Positions 29,943 to 39,162 of a DNA stretch of 64,000 nt are shown here, piece by piece; the stretch's first letter is position 1; every line of letters starts with the position of its first letter. The stretch is from IMG/VR virus record IMGVR_UViG_3300029267_004179, positions 32,001 to 96,000 of that record, one strand, 5' to 3'. Position numbers and translations under genes: made by a program. The DNA comes from a virus. The notes under the pieces are model-generated. The model saw only the letters and a list, made by a program, of their open reading frames with translations. It had not been told where the DNA came from and did not search any database.

Positions 29943-30363
29943 ATTTATTTTCACAGCCTGTATCCTCCCCGATCATATTTTTAAAACCATATTTGACTGC
30001 TACGGCTTTAAAGAGTGGTAAACCATATTGTGCATAATAACTATCAGCGGAATCTTTTAATTTGTCATCAAGAACCCAAAGCCACATCTTAACAACGGCA
30101 AACATAAAACTTGCAGAAATACCTCTTTTGTTCAATGCCTTTTCAAACCCAAAAGCTATATCGCTTTCCAGTTGCTTTAATACATTTTCTTCTGTGAACT
30201 CTTTCGGCGTCCAACTTTTACCTTCTACCAACTCCATGCCAAGTAGGTCAAGTTTGTCTTCAGGGAAATAATCTGCAAGACGCCGGAAGTCACGTCCATC
30301 AAAGCAACGCCTTTCAAGCTCTTTAGTCTTAAGGGCAGTATAGATGTCTTTGAGTGTTTTCAT
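29935..30363 (-). CDS. conserved phage hypothetical protein
   Basis: DGRD..RL..F, FGFEKAL.KRGISA, YA.YGLPLFKA.AVKYG. Confidence 0.75.
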   Translation of the reverse strand: MKTLKDIYTALKTKELERRCFDGRDFRRLADYFPEDKLDLLGMELVEGKSWTPKEFTEENVLKQLESDIAFGFEKALNKRGISASFMFAVVKMWLWVLDDKLKDSADSYYAQYGLPLFKAVAVKYGFKNMIGEDTGCENKYG

Positions 30364-30584
30364 TTTTCAAGCTTCCTTAATGTAATTACGTTTTCCATGG
30401 TTGTCCTGACATGACCCTTAATATCCGGGGTTATTCTGGTTTCAATTCTAAGGACGAAATATAGCTCTTCACTATCCATAAATCTTACACGCCTCCCGTG
30501 AGGTGGATTAAAGATAACATTCGTTACCCTTTGAAGTTGAGTTCCCTTTTCATTGACAAAGACCGTTTCTTTCTTGTATCTCAT
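30360..30584 (-). CDS. hypothetical protein
   Basis: Coupled ORF. Confidence 0.5.
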   Translation of the reverse strand: MRYKKETVFVNEKGTQLQRVTNVIFNPPHGRRVRFMDSEELYFVLRIETRITPDIKGHVRTTMENVITLRKLEK

Positions 30585-30586
30585 GA

Positions 30587-30772
30587 TTACACCTTCTTAT
30601 AAAAAAACTTCCGTGGGATGGAGGGAGACCTATTTTTTTTGACAAGAACACCTTTTTGAACCATGCCTTCAAGCAAATCGTGTTGGTAGCATTTAAGCTC
30701 TGATGGAGTATACCAAACTTCACATTCCATTCTTTTGAGAATTTTGTTCTGTACTTTGCTTAATCTTTTCAT
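30587..30772 (-). CDS. small winged-helix-like protein
   Basis: LS.VQ..IL..M....W.T..EL......L..MV.KG.L. Confidence 0.5.
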   Translation of the reverse strand: MKRLSKVQNKILKRMECEVWYTPSELKCYQHDLLEGMVQKGVLVKKNRSPSIPRKFFYKKV

Positions 30773-30781
30773 ATGTGTAAT

Positions 30782-30806
30782 AACCGGGGCAATAGATGCC
30801 CCGGTT
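30782..30806 (-). terminator. hairpin downstream of the Hc1-like gene
   Basis: AACCGGGGCA/TGCCCCGGTT perfect 10-bp stem; weak U-tract. Confidence 0.5.
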
Positions 30807-30833
30807 CCTTTACCTGTTAAGATACAGTGGGTA

Positions 30834-31076
30834 TTACCTTCTCACCCTTCCATCATCTTCACTTTCCCTGCTTTTTCTTATGGTGATTATATCTTTCCTG
30901 ATTTTTGTCGCAGCTTTGATCAGCACCATCATTTCTTTCCTTACTCTGGTCGCTGCAGCCTTGACGCCGGCATCAAACTTTAATGCATCGTTTTTGATTC
31001 CATGGATTTTCTCTTCATTGAAATAATCAGTGAATAGTTCGTCGATGCCTTCTTTTATTTTGACTTTTTGCCCCAT
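30834..31076 (-). CDS. histone H1-like Hc1-family protein
   Basis: KF..G.KAAATRVRK....L.K....IRKDI signature. Confidence 0.8.
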   Translation of the reverse strand: MGQKVKIKEGIDELFTDYFNEEKIHGIKNDALKFDAGVKAAATRVRKEMMVLIKAATKIRKDIITIRKSRESEDDGRVRR

Positions 31077-31136
31077 AATGCTTCCTTTCTTTGTATCTGT
31101 TATAGTTAATTGGCTAATAAAACAACAAATCAGTCA

Positions 31137-31370
31137 TCACCTCCTTTTACGCCTTATTCTTTTCAAACTACTTGTCCTTTTCTTTTTACTGCTTGGTGGC
31201 ATACTCCTTATTTCTCCACAGTCATAAGCATAATTTGCCCATAGCCTACACTTTGTGCATTTTTTAAGCTTTGGGTGATTCACATCTCCCGGCTTTCTTT
31301 TCGACATCTCTATACAAACTTTTAAGTTAACATGAATTTGCCTTCTTTTGCAATAAAAGTAATTATCCAT
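31137..31370 (-). CDS. small Cys-rich basic protein
   Basis: FYC.......VC ... C.KC; first gene of the minus-strand block. Confidence 0.55.
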   Translation of the reverse strand: MDNYFYCKRRQIHVNLKVCIEMSKRKPGDVNHPKLKKCTKCRLWANYAYDCGEIRSMPPSSKKKRTSSLKRIRRKRR

Positions 31371-31386
31371 AATCTGTTAAGACTTT

Positions 31387-31441
31387 CTTATTTCCCTTTT
31401 AAGGCCTATAAAATTTTTACCCTATACCCTACTATTAGTTT
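31387..31441 (-). repeat. dispersed intergenic element, copy 4 (reverse)
   Basis: Reverse complement of the 22-bp core at 31405-31426. Confidence 0.95.
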
Positions 31442-31631
31442 CAAAAGATCACATACCCTGTGTTAAATTGCAAATAGCTATGTTTGTATTTATTATAAGC
31501 CTTAAAGGGGCTTTATTTGTTAATTAAAATTATTAGCTAAAATCTTGTCTGTTGATTAGTATAGTTAATAGGGTTTAAGTTTAAAGATATTTTAAGTTAA
31601 CCAAAACATCCTTATGAATGCTTGTTTTCAT

Positions 31632-31762
31632 AAAAGAAAAAAAAGAAGAAAAAAAAGAAGAAAAAAAAGAAGAAAAAAGAAAGAAAGAAAGGTTTATAAA
31701 GAAAGAAAGAATAAAAGAAGAAAATAAAAGAAGAAAACAAAAGAAGAAAATAAAAGAAAAAA
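31632..31762 (+). repeat. purine-rich low-complexity tract (AAAGAAGAAAAA and TAAAAGAAGAAAA units)
   Basis: About 130 nt of nearly pure A/G between divergent operons. Confidence 0.85.
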
Positions 31763-31981
31763 TGACTGTCAACTACCATGAAAAAATGGATACGTTTGAA
31801 CAGAAGTAGTAAACAAACTTGTTGTTAGCAGAAGTAGTTGTTCAGCCTTCGGCTGTCTTCGCATGACATAGTCATGCTACGATTTTTAATTGCTATAAAT
31901 TTTGCTCAAAATATTCTTTTAAAATCCATATAGACTTTTAAGTTTTTTAAGACTATAAAGAATCTTTCTACTAAAAAGTTT

Positions 31982-32010
31982 TTGCGATATCAGCATCGTT
32001 GGCCTATAAT
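31982..32010 (+). promoter_or_regulatory. sigma70-type promoter for the replication operon
   Basis: TTGCGA-17 bp-TATAAT. Confidence 0.7.
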
Positions 32011-32053
32011 AAGTAATATGCTTGAATTACATTTTGGCAAGATAGGACTATAC

Positions 32054-32614
32054 ATGAATGATGAGACAGAAGAACAAATCTGCAGAATAAAGATGCCGGA
32101 TGAAGTAAAAAGAAGAGTAGAGCTAAAAAAGATATGCATTGCTTTGCACGAAGTTGAGAGTAGGTTTGCATCAATGCAGCATAGGAGGCCAAGATATTTT
32201 TTTGCTTTATTCAAAGAGTCTGGCAAGAAATATCACCGCACTCTTTTTAGGATTCTAAACTTCTTGAAGGATAAAAGAGGTGACTACAAAAATGATATCC
32301 TGTTTTTATCAAGAGATTATTTTGAAGTTATTTTTAATTTTTATAACAAGATTAACAAGATGCCATTCATAGGGAATCTTGGCCCTTCATTGACTAACAA
32401 GATGAGGTTTGATGATTTCTTAATATCTTCCGAGATGGAAGATGAGTGTTATTGGAGGGTAAAGTCAAGTAACTATTGGGTAGTGAAGAGTAGAGCAAAG
32501 CTTGCGGCATTCAGATGTAGACAGGCTGATATAGATTTGAAAATAGTAATAGACAGGAATAAGGGTGTTGAAAATCAACATGACTTGAAAGTAATATATC
32601 CAGGAGAATATTGA
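32054..32614 (+). CDS. hypothetical protein upstream of the helicase (possible initiator/loader); start could be 32018
   Basis: AGGA before ATG 32054; coupled to the DnaB-like gene. Confidence 0.55.
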   Translation: MNDETEEQICRIKMPDEVKRRVELKKICIALHEVESRFASMQHRRPRYFFALFKESGKKYHRTLFRILNFLKDKRGDYKNDILFLSRDYFEVIFNFYNKINKMPFIGNLGPSLTNKMRFDDFLISSEMEDECYWRVKSSNYWVVKSRAKLAAFRCRQADIDLKIVIDRNKGVENQHDLKVIYPGEY

Positions 32615-33972
32615 TGGCAGAATTTGATGAGTTTGACATTGGAGGGGATGACCAAGACAAAGTCATGATGCTTCTTGTTTACAACGATACTTTTTTATCA
32701 AGGTGCATCCGCAAAGGAGTTGAACCTGATCTTTTTTCTTCTAAACCAAGACGGAAGTTTTTCAAGATAGTTAAGAGTTTTTATGAGCAGTACAAAAAGG
32801 CTCCTGGTGATGATATAGCATCAGTTTTGGCAGACGCTTTGTCTGGCCAATCGATGATTATGAGGGATGATGATATACCATTAATTGAAGAGTATGTAGA
32901 CAGGCTATTCAGTGTTGATTTAGATTCGATAAAATCTAAATATTTCATAGACAGAATAGAACTATTCATGAAGAAAAGAATAATGATGACTGCTACAAAC
33001 TCTTTGATGAAGCTTAAAGATAGATTTAATGTTGATACAGATAGGCCTTTAAGCATAATGGAGGATGCTGTAAGCAAGATAAAGTTAACTACAAGCAAAA
33101 TGTCTGTAGAAAGCTTGCTTGGTGACAATGTTTATGAATATGACAGAGATATTCAAACAAAGTGGAATGTCCCTACAATTGACTTCCCGATAGGTGGTGG
33201 ATTCTTTTCCGGCTCTTTTACTGTGATTCAAGGGTATACAAGCAGGGGCAAGTCATGGGCAGCTACCCATCTTGCAAAGATGGCAACAAGGTTTGGAAAT
33301 TCAGTTCTACTTGCCCAAATAGAGATGGCAAACAAGACATCAAAGAGACGGATTAAGATGAGCTTTACAGGCCTTGCAGAAGGTGATGTGATAAAAAATG
33401 CAGCAGAAACAAGAAGGATAATTAAATGCTCTATGTTGAAGCATTCTGATATCTTTCTGCTTAGTGATGATGAGAAGTCAACTTCTGTAGATTCTCTGCC
33501 AGATATTCTTGATGAGATTGAGGATACTCACAACAAAAGGGTAAAGCTTATCATTTTGGACTCAGCAGATGATATGTTACCTCCATCCGGAAGATATAGG
33601 AATAAAATTGAAAAAAGCACAGCTACATATACTTGGCTTAAAAACTTTGCGAAGGATAATGATATATGCATCATAAATACTACACAAACACAGAGGATAG
33701 GTGAGAAGAAATATTGGTTGTCTACTGGTAATGTTGGTGATGACATAAACAAGATGAGAAAGGCAACTATTAGTTACTCAATCAACGCAACAGATTTTGA
33801 GGCAGCAATAGGGTTTTGTAGGATTTGGCTTAATAAGAATACTGATGGCCCAACAGGAGCAAAAGTTTGGCTGAGGCAGGACTATGGGAAAGGGCAGTTT
33901 GTAGTAGAACATGGACTTTATGATAGAGAAGAGTACAGTGAGATGGTAAAGGAGTTCAGAAGCAATGAATAG
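32614..33972 (+). CDS. replicative DNA helicase, DnaB/gp41-like
   Basis: Walker A GYTSRGKS, QIEM, Walker B LIILDSAD, TTQTQR, KN.DG. Confidence 0.85.
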   Translation: MAEFDEFDIGGDDQDKVMMLLVYNDTFLSRCIRKGVEPDLFSSKPRRKFFKIVKSFYEQYKKAPGDDIASVLADALSGQSMIMRDDDIPLIEEYVDRLFSVDLDSIKSKYFIDRIELFMKKRIMMTATNSLMKLKDRFNVDTDRPLSIMEDAVSKIKLTTSKMSVESLLGDNVYEYDRDIQTKWNVPTIDFPIGGGFFSGSFTVIQGYTSRGKSWAATHLAKMATRFGNSVLLAQIEMANKTSKRRIKMSFTGLAEGDVIKNAAETRRIIKCSMLKHSDIFLLSDDEKSTSVDSLPDILDEIEDTHNKRVKLIILDSADDMLPPSGRYRNKIEKSTATYTWLKNFAKDNDICIINTTQTQRIGEKKYWLSTGNVGDDINKMRKATISYSINATDFEAAIGFCRIWLNKNTDGPTGAKVWLRQDYGKGQFVVEHGLYDREEYSEMVKEFRSNE

Positions 33973-35515
33973 GGTAAGAAGAAAAAGAGTTGAAAAGCCT
34001 ACTGATTGGAACTGGCTGAAGTTGTTGAGTAGAAAAGAGCTTGAGTCTATAGCCAGCTCCAATATGTATGTTTTTAAAACTACTCCTTGGGCTCACCAGC
34101 TGTCTTCATTTCTTGCTTGTATGGCAAACCCAGGGTTTTTGTGTTCTCTTGATTTAGGGACCGGCAAAACAAAAGTTGCTGTAGATGTATGCATGAATCT
34201 ATATGGTAGCAAACTTAAAGTTTTTGTTGTTGCTTTGAATAGTGCATTAGGAAACTGGAAAGATGAAATACACAAACACTCAGATGCTCAAGCAACGATC
34301 TTAGCTGGCAGAATTGATGAGCGCATTGATTTGATTAAGGGTGATGGTTTTTTCATAATTAACTATGAAGGGCTCATGCGTTTGTGTTCAAAAACAGTTA
34401 CTACTGTCAAAACGGTTGCTTGTGAGACGCCGGATGGCCCAAGGATAATTTCAAAAAAAAGAAATAGATGGGCAGTTGACAAAGCTATGATCCAGAAGCT
34501 TATGATGGCTAAATTTGATGCTATTATATTTGATGAGTCTCATATGCTTAAAAATCACTTGAGTTTGACATTTAGAATAGCAAAAATTCTTTGCCGCAGA
34601 ATAGACACAAGGATTCAGCTCACCGGTACTCCTATTGATAAAAATTTACTTGACCTTTGGTCGCAATATTATATAGCCGATTTTGGTAGTACTTTTGGGA
34701 CCGGAATTGGCCAGTTCAGGAATGCATATTTTAAGGATAAAGGCTATTTTGGGCCTGACTGGAAAGTAACAAAGTCAGGTGAAAAAGTTATCAAAAGCAA
34801 GATGTACACAAAGTCTATTAGGTATACAGAAGATGAAGTTGATGAGCTGCCACCTAAGACATTTAGAACTATTTGTTTTGATCTTACAAAACAGCAAAGA
34901 AAGGTTTATGACAGGCTTTCTAAAATTTCTGGGGAAGAGAATGTTCAAGGCATAAAAGTTCAAGGCAAAACTCATGCGTTTAGGCAGATATGCAGCGGGT
35001 TTATACTTAAAACAAAGAAGGAGTTTTCTTCAAACCCTAAAATGGATGCCTTTATTGATCTTGTCGACACAATCATTGGTAGTCACAAGATTCTTGTTTT
35101 CTATGAATACATAACAGAAGCCAAGCTGATATCTAAAGTTTTGAAGAGGAAGAAGGTAAAGTTTTGTACTTTAAATGGTCAAACGAAAAATAAGCATAAA
35201 GAATATCGGAAGTTTCAGGAGAATGATAAGTATAGGCTTATGCTGGCACATCCAAAAACAGGTGGTGCAAGCCTTACTATCACAGCTGCAACCTATTGTG
35301 TTTTTTTCAGCAACGGCTCAAGCGTGATTCAGAGGAAACAGTGTATCAAAAGGATACATAGGGCTGGCCAAACAAAACGATGTTTTTTTTATGATCTTGT
35401 TGCTAATAGGAGTATAGAAGCATACATGAAGAAAAACCTTCGTAAAGGCATCGATGCTTTTGATCGCATAGTTGATGGCAACTCTTTTAAAAATGCTCTT
35501 ATTGGGAGACAATAA
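33965..35515 (+). CDS. SNF2-family helicase
   Basis: DLGTGKT, INYE, FDESH.LKN, LTGTP, Q...RIHRAGQ. Confidence 0.93.
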   Translation: MNRVRRKRVEKPTDWNWLKLLSRKELESIASSNMYVFKTTPWAHQLSSFLACMANPGFLCSLDLGTGKTKVAVDVCMNLYGSKLKVFVVALNSALGNWKDEIHKHSDAQATILAGRIDERIDLIKGDGFFIINYEGLMRLCSKTVTTVKTVACETPDGPRIISKKRNRWAVDKAMIQKLMMAKFDAIIFDESHMLKNHLSLTFRIAKILCRRIDTRIQLTGTPIDKNLLDLWSQYYIADFGSTFGTGIGQFRNAYFKDKGYFGPDWKVTKSGEKVIKSKMYTKSIRYTEDEVDELPPKTFRTICFDLTKQQRKVYDRLSKISGEENVQGIKVQGKTHAFRQICSGFILKTKKEFSSNPKMDAFIDLVDTIIGSHKILVFYEYITEAKLISKVLKRKKVKFCTLNGQTKNKHKEYRKFQENDKYRLMLAHPKTGGASLTITAATYCVFFSNGSSVIQRKQCIKRIHRAGQTKRCFFYDLVANRSIEAYMKKNLRKGIDAFDRIVDGNSFKNALIGRQ

Positions 35516-35516
35516 G

Positions 35517-36464
35517 ATGCTTGTTGATTCTGTTGGGCTTATTGAGCATTTAGGAATTGACTATCATCCATCTGGTAAGAATGTGGCTTCAAATGATATA
35601 AATATTTGTTGTCCGTTTTGTGGTGAAGATGGCTATCATTTAGGGGTAAACAAGGATAATGGGCAAATTAACTGCTGGGTGTGTGGATTTGACTACCAGG
35701 ACAGATATCCAAGCTTAATAACTCTTGTTATGACTTTAAATGACTGCTCTTTTTTGGATGCTAAGAGCATAGTTGATGAATTTAAGCTTGATGACTTCGG
35801 TGACTTAGATGATAATAAAAATAGGCTTGTTGAGAGGAAAAATATCTTAATGCCTAAAGAGTGTGAGGACTTTTTCAAGACTAAGCACAAGAGATGGGCA
35901 AGTAAGGCTCTTGACTATTTGCATAGTAGAGGGTTTGATGAAAGTACTGTCAGGAAGTATAAGCTTAAATTTTGTATTCATGGTAAGTACAAATACCGGA
36001 TAATGATCCCTATTACTTTTCTTGGCAAAGTAGTGAATTTTACAGGTAGGGATTTTACAAACAGGGGTGTTAACAGATATAAGCATTGTAAGAATGATTT
36101 TTCAGCTATGAGGCAAAAGAGCTTGCTTTACGGGCTGGATAATTTTATCGATTGTGGCAAATCTCACATCAGAATATTTGAGGGCCCAACAGATGTTTGG
36201 AGAATTGGAGATACAGCAGTTGGCTTGATGAGAAATAGGATATCAGATAGACAATTGTCTATCCTTTCTGTTTTGGGTCTTGAATCAGCATCTGTAATAC
36301 TTGATTTTGGATCATATAGCAAGGCAGTTGCCATAGCTGAAGAGTTGAGTGTTTTTGTCAGGAGGGTTAAGGCTGTTGAGCTTGTTGGCAAGAAGGATGT
36401 AGCCGACATGTCAGCAGATGAAGTTTTTAATTTAGAATCTACTTTTGATTGGATGGTGTTCTAA
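35517..36464 (+). CDS. DNA primase (zinc finger + TOPRIM)
   Basis: CPFC...H....NCW.CG, YL.SRG, RIMIP...F.GR, EGP.D, D.D. Confidence 0.88.
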   Translation: MLVDSVGLIEHLGIDYHPSGKNVASNDINICCPFCGEDGYHLGVNKDNGQINCWVCGFDYQDRYPSLITLVMTLNDCSFLDAKSIVDEFKLDDFGDLDDNKNRLVERKNILMPKECEDFFKTKHKRWASKALDYLHSRGFDESTVRKYKLKFCIHGKYKYRIMIPITFLGKVVNFTGRDFTNRGVNRYKHCKNDFSAMRQKSLLYGLDNFIDCGKSHIRIFEGPTDVWRIGDTAVGLMRNRISDRQLSILSVLGLESASVILDFGSYSKAVAIAEELSVFVRRVKAVELVGKKDVADMSADEVFNLESTFDWMVF

Positions 36465-36724
36465 TGGGTTTTAATTATAAATATTATAGAAGCAGATACA
36501 AGCCAAAAGTTGTCAGTGAACTTCCGAAAGACATGAGGTATATTACTGTGAAAGAGGCAGCTGACTATTACGGTGTTACAAGTCAAACTATTCGTCATTG
36601 GTATTTGTCCGGCAAATTAATATCGGTGATGTATAACCGGAAGATTTTTGTCAGGGTATCAGGATCAATTAATGATATGTTAGGATTTGTGTCTAAAAAG
36701 GATATCAGACCTGGCGTTATATAA
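36464..36724 (+). CDS. helix-turn-helix DNA-binding protein (excisionase/MerR-like)
   Basis: ITVKEAA.YYGVT.QTIR.W...GKL. Confidence 0.8.
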   Translation: MGFNYKYYRSRYKPKVVSELPKDMRYITVKEAADYYGVTSQTIRHWYLSGKLISVMYNRKIFVRVSGSINDMLGFVSKKDIRPGVI

Positions 36725-36740
36725 GAATTTTGCCGCTTTA

Positions 36741-36822
36741 TTTAGCTTGTATTAAACGATCTAATAAAAACTAATACCTATATATAGGGTAAAAATTTTA
36801 TAGGCCTTAAAACGGAAATAAG
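36741..36822 (+). repeat. dispersed intergenic element, copy 5
   Basis: Core at 36783-36804; left flank as in copies 2 and 7. Confidence 0.95.
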
Positions 36823-36944
36823 ACAGCTTTGCTGTTCAAACCGGACTTAAAGATGATAAATTGCTTAAAATAGGCTAAATTATGTTTTTTTTGATTATTT
36901 GTTAAAATTTATGTAAAAATATAAAAATTTTTTATTCAATGATT

Positions 36945-36970
36945 AGGCGCTGTTATTCAGCGCCTTTTTT
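36945..36970 (+). terminator. intrinsic terminator
   Basis: AGGCGCTG-TTATT-CAGCGCCT followed by a T-run. Confidence 0.85.
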
Positions 36971-37148
36971 ATTTTCAAAGATAATGAGAGAAAATATATA
37001 AAAAAAGTTTTCATAAAAGCATTATATCATTGTTATCACTTGATAAAAATTTTTACAGTTTTCCGATAATCAATCATAAGCTTGGATTTTAGATGATTAT
37101 CCGGTTTTACTTTTCCGCTGTATATTATAAAAAGGAACCTAAGTTTTA

Positions 37149-37160
37149 TGATCTTTTACA
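37149..37160 (+). promoter_or_regulatory. boxA-like antitermination sequence
   Basis: TGATCTTTTACA vs rrn boxA TGCTCTTTAACA (10/12), just downstream of TATATTATAA. Confidence 0.55.
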
Positions 37161-37630
37161 TCGTCGAGTACGTTGAGGGGCTGGCAAGAGGATTGGCCGG
37201 ATAAAATACCTTATAAAAAACACCCCAAGAATTCAAACTCACTTGATGCCATCCGGGAAAAGTAACCAAGCGGGCCATAACTTAACCTTAAATTTTAAGG
37301 TTAAGCCTTTCAGGGCTGCGGAGACGAAATATGGAAGTCTCTTCCTGATAAGCCAAAAATCAGCCAAGAAAACGGGGAAACCCGATAAGGGCTGGGCGCC
37401 AAGGTGAAAAATTCATGTTGACCTATATATCTGCAAACCAAAGATTGGATTTCATCTCCATTATAACCAGCACGAATCAAGTAATGCTGCAGGAATTATC
37501 CTTTGGGCGGCATACCGCATTGAATCAAGTAGATGTGCAGGAGCATATAGGTCAACAGCAATAAGGGATGATTTATCATCCCAACTAAGCTTTTGTCTTT
37601 ATATAAAGGACAGAAGTTTAGTTGGGTTTA
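37161..37630 (+). ncRNA. candidate large structured RNA / early-operon leader
   Basis: No ORF of 60 aa or more; GC-richer than its flanks; many stems, including the 13-bp 37416-37428/37545-37557 enclosing two GAATCAAGTA-loop hairpins; G-U pairs. Confidence 0.65.
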
Positions 37631-37673
37631 TAAGGCATTTTTATAAAACTTTAACTTTAATTAGGAGGGAATT

Positions 37674-38027
37674 ATGTCTGATAATAAAAATGATATTAGT
37701 ATAATAGATGCTATAGGTTCTTTAAGGCCTTTCACAGAAGGTGATTGGCAAGGGTACAGTGGAGCTGAAGGCGACAATCCATTAATTGCTGAAATTGGCA
37801 GTTTCATCTTTATTATCGATGAAGCTGGCATCCAGGTAGATTATGTCCATGATTTTGATGAAACTGATGAAGATGGAGAACCCATTCTTGGAAGTCCTTG
37901 GGATGAGAGGTTTTTGTCCTTGGGCACTCAGTGTGTTAGCATCGCTGTTTTCTTTGAGATTTTCCGACTTATAAATAGCGAAGGCATCACTATGAGTGAT
38001 GCCTTGGATAAGCTGAACTTTAAATAA
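37674..38027 (+). CDS. early hypothetical protein
   Basis: AGGAGG RBS; RPFT..DW.GYSGAE...PLIAE. Confidence 0.75.
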   Translation: MSDNKNDISIIDAIGSLRPFTEGDWQGYSGAEGDNPLIAEIGSFIFIIDEAGIQVDYVHDFDETDEDGEPILGSPWDERFLSLGTQCVSIAVFFEIFRLINSEGITMSDALDKLNFK

Positions 38028-38059
38028 TATGAATGATATAAGCAGAAAATGGAGGAGAT

Positions 38060-38278
38060 ATGAGGGAATTTGAGAGGCTGAGCCATATGATGACAGAGGA
38101 GTTTCATTTAATAGACTGCGGAACATTTTATGAGACAACTGATAACAGATTTGTTGGTTACCCGCAAGGGCCAAATCAAAATGATGGGTTGCTTGTGCTT
38201 GATCGTAAAATGGATAAGTATGTTGGTTTTTTCCAGGACGTGAAAGAAGCCAACTTTGCTGTAAATTTAATTGAATAG
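38060..38278 (+). CDS. early hypothetical protein
   Basis: GGAGG RBS. Confidence 0.65.
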   Translation: MREFERLSHMMTEEFHLIDCGTFYETTDNRFVGYPQGPNQNDGLLVLDRKMDKYVGFFQDVKEANFAVNLIE

Positions 38279-38286
38279 GAGGCAAG

Positions 38287-38682
38287 ATGAAATTAAAAAA
38301 GAAGACAAGCCCTAAAATCAGCAAGAAGGAATGGGCAAGGATGCTTGCCCTTGTTGACTCAGCAGCATCTTTAAAAGTTGAGGTTGACAGCCTGAAAAAT
38401 ACTTTGGAGGATATGAAAGGCACTCTGAAGGAATTTGCAGCTCGTGCCAAAGTAAAGAAAATTAAAAGCAAAAATTATACCGCTGCTTTTAAGGACGGAA
38501 AAAAGACAGAGATTGACCCTGAGCTGTTTTATGATGAGGTAGATGATATTGATGATTTTATTTCGTCAATATCGGTGAAGGTGACTGAGGCAAGGGAAGT
38601 ATTGTCAGCAAAAGCGATTGATAAAATTGCATTTGTGGAAGTTAAGCCATATAATTCTGTTTCTTTTAAATTTATCGATTGA
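38287..38682 (+). CDS. early hypothetical protein
   Basis: AGGAGG RBS; coiled-coil N-terminus. Confidence 0.7.
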   Translation: MKLKKKTSPKISKKEWARMLALVDSAASLKVEVDSLKNTLEDMKGTLKEFAARAKVKKIKSKNYTAAFKDGKKTEIDPELFYDEVDDIDDFISSISVKVTEAREVLSAKAIDKIAFVEVKPYNSVSFKFID

Positions 38683-38713
38683 TGTCTATTTTGAAAGTAT
38701 TCTGGTTAGATAG

Positions 38714-38774
38714 CACCGAAACAGCCGCAAGGCTGTCTATCATGGGTGGTTCCATGGTACTGATGAGGTAGCCA
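38714..38774 (+). ncRNA. type II hammerhead ribozyme 1
   Basis: ACC-GAAA-CAGCC(GCAA)GGCTG-TC-TATCATGG(GTGGTT)CCATGGTA-CTGATGA-GGT; loop TGGTT pairs with 3' AGCCA; predicted cut after C38737. Confidence 0.93.
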
Positions 38775-38864
38775 AATAAAATATAAAGTTTGACAAACTG
38801 AAAATAATGTTTAAAACAGCTTTCGATGGTATTGAACCGCACTATTAATAAAAAGGAGGATAAA

Positions 38865-39074
38865 ATGGTCTTCGCAACTTTTAATACGATCAATGGGAAA
38901 AGGTCTGGAAGGGTCATTCAAGCCCATTCCAAGTCCATTATTGTCCAACTGTGTTCTTTTAAAAGGAACAAGATTACCAGGATGCATCAGATCATCCCGG
39001 AAAAAGTAATCACTCGGCATCTGGAAAAACACAGAGTAAAAATATATGATGAGAAGGTGATCCCCATCAACTAA
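38865..39074 (+). CDS. early hypothetical protein (SH3-like)
   Basis: AGGAGG RBS; I.RH..KH.V motif; stop codon abuts ribozyme 2. Confidence 0.7.
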   Translation: MVFATFNTINGKRSGRVIQAHSKSIIVQLCSFKRNKITRMHQIIPEKVITRHLEKHRVKIYDEKVIPIN

Positions 39075-39076
39075 AA

Positions 39077-39137
39077 CACCGAAACCGGGCTTGTCCCGGT
39101 CGTGGTAGGGTTGTGCCTACCGCCTGATGATGTAGCT
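39077..39137 (+). ncRNA. type II hammerhead ribozyme 2 (G10.1 to U variant)
   Basis: ACC-GAAA-CCGGG(CTTGT)CCCGG-TC-GTGGTAGG(GTTGTG)CCTACCGC-CTGATGA-TGT; predicted cut after C39101. Confidence 0.85.
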
Positions 39138-39162
39138 GAATGAATATAAAAGGGAGGATATT

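Noticed and set aside
31581-31809. KE-rich and F/S-rich ORFs on both strands
   Set aside because: By-products of the purine tract; no convincing RBS
36464-36724. Excisionase implying a temperate or prophage state
   Set aside because: No integrase, repressor or host genes in the window; the HTH alone is insufficient
38790-38817. sigma70 promoter at TTGACA
   Set aside because: The best -10 (TAAAAC, 16-bp spacer) is weak, so it was not called
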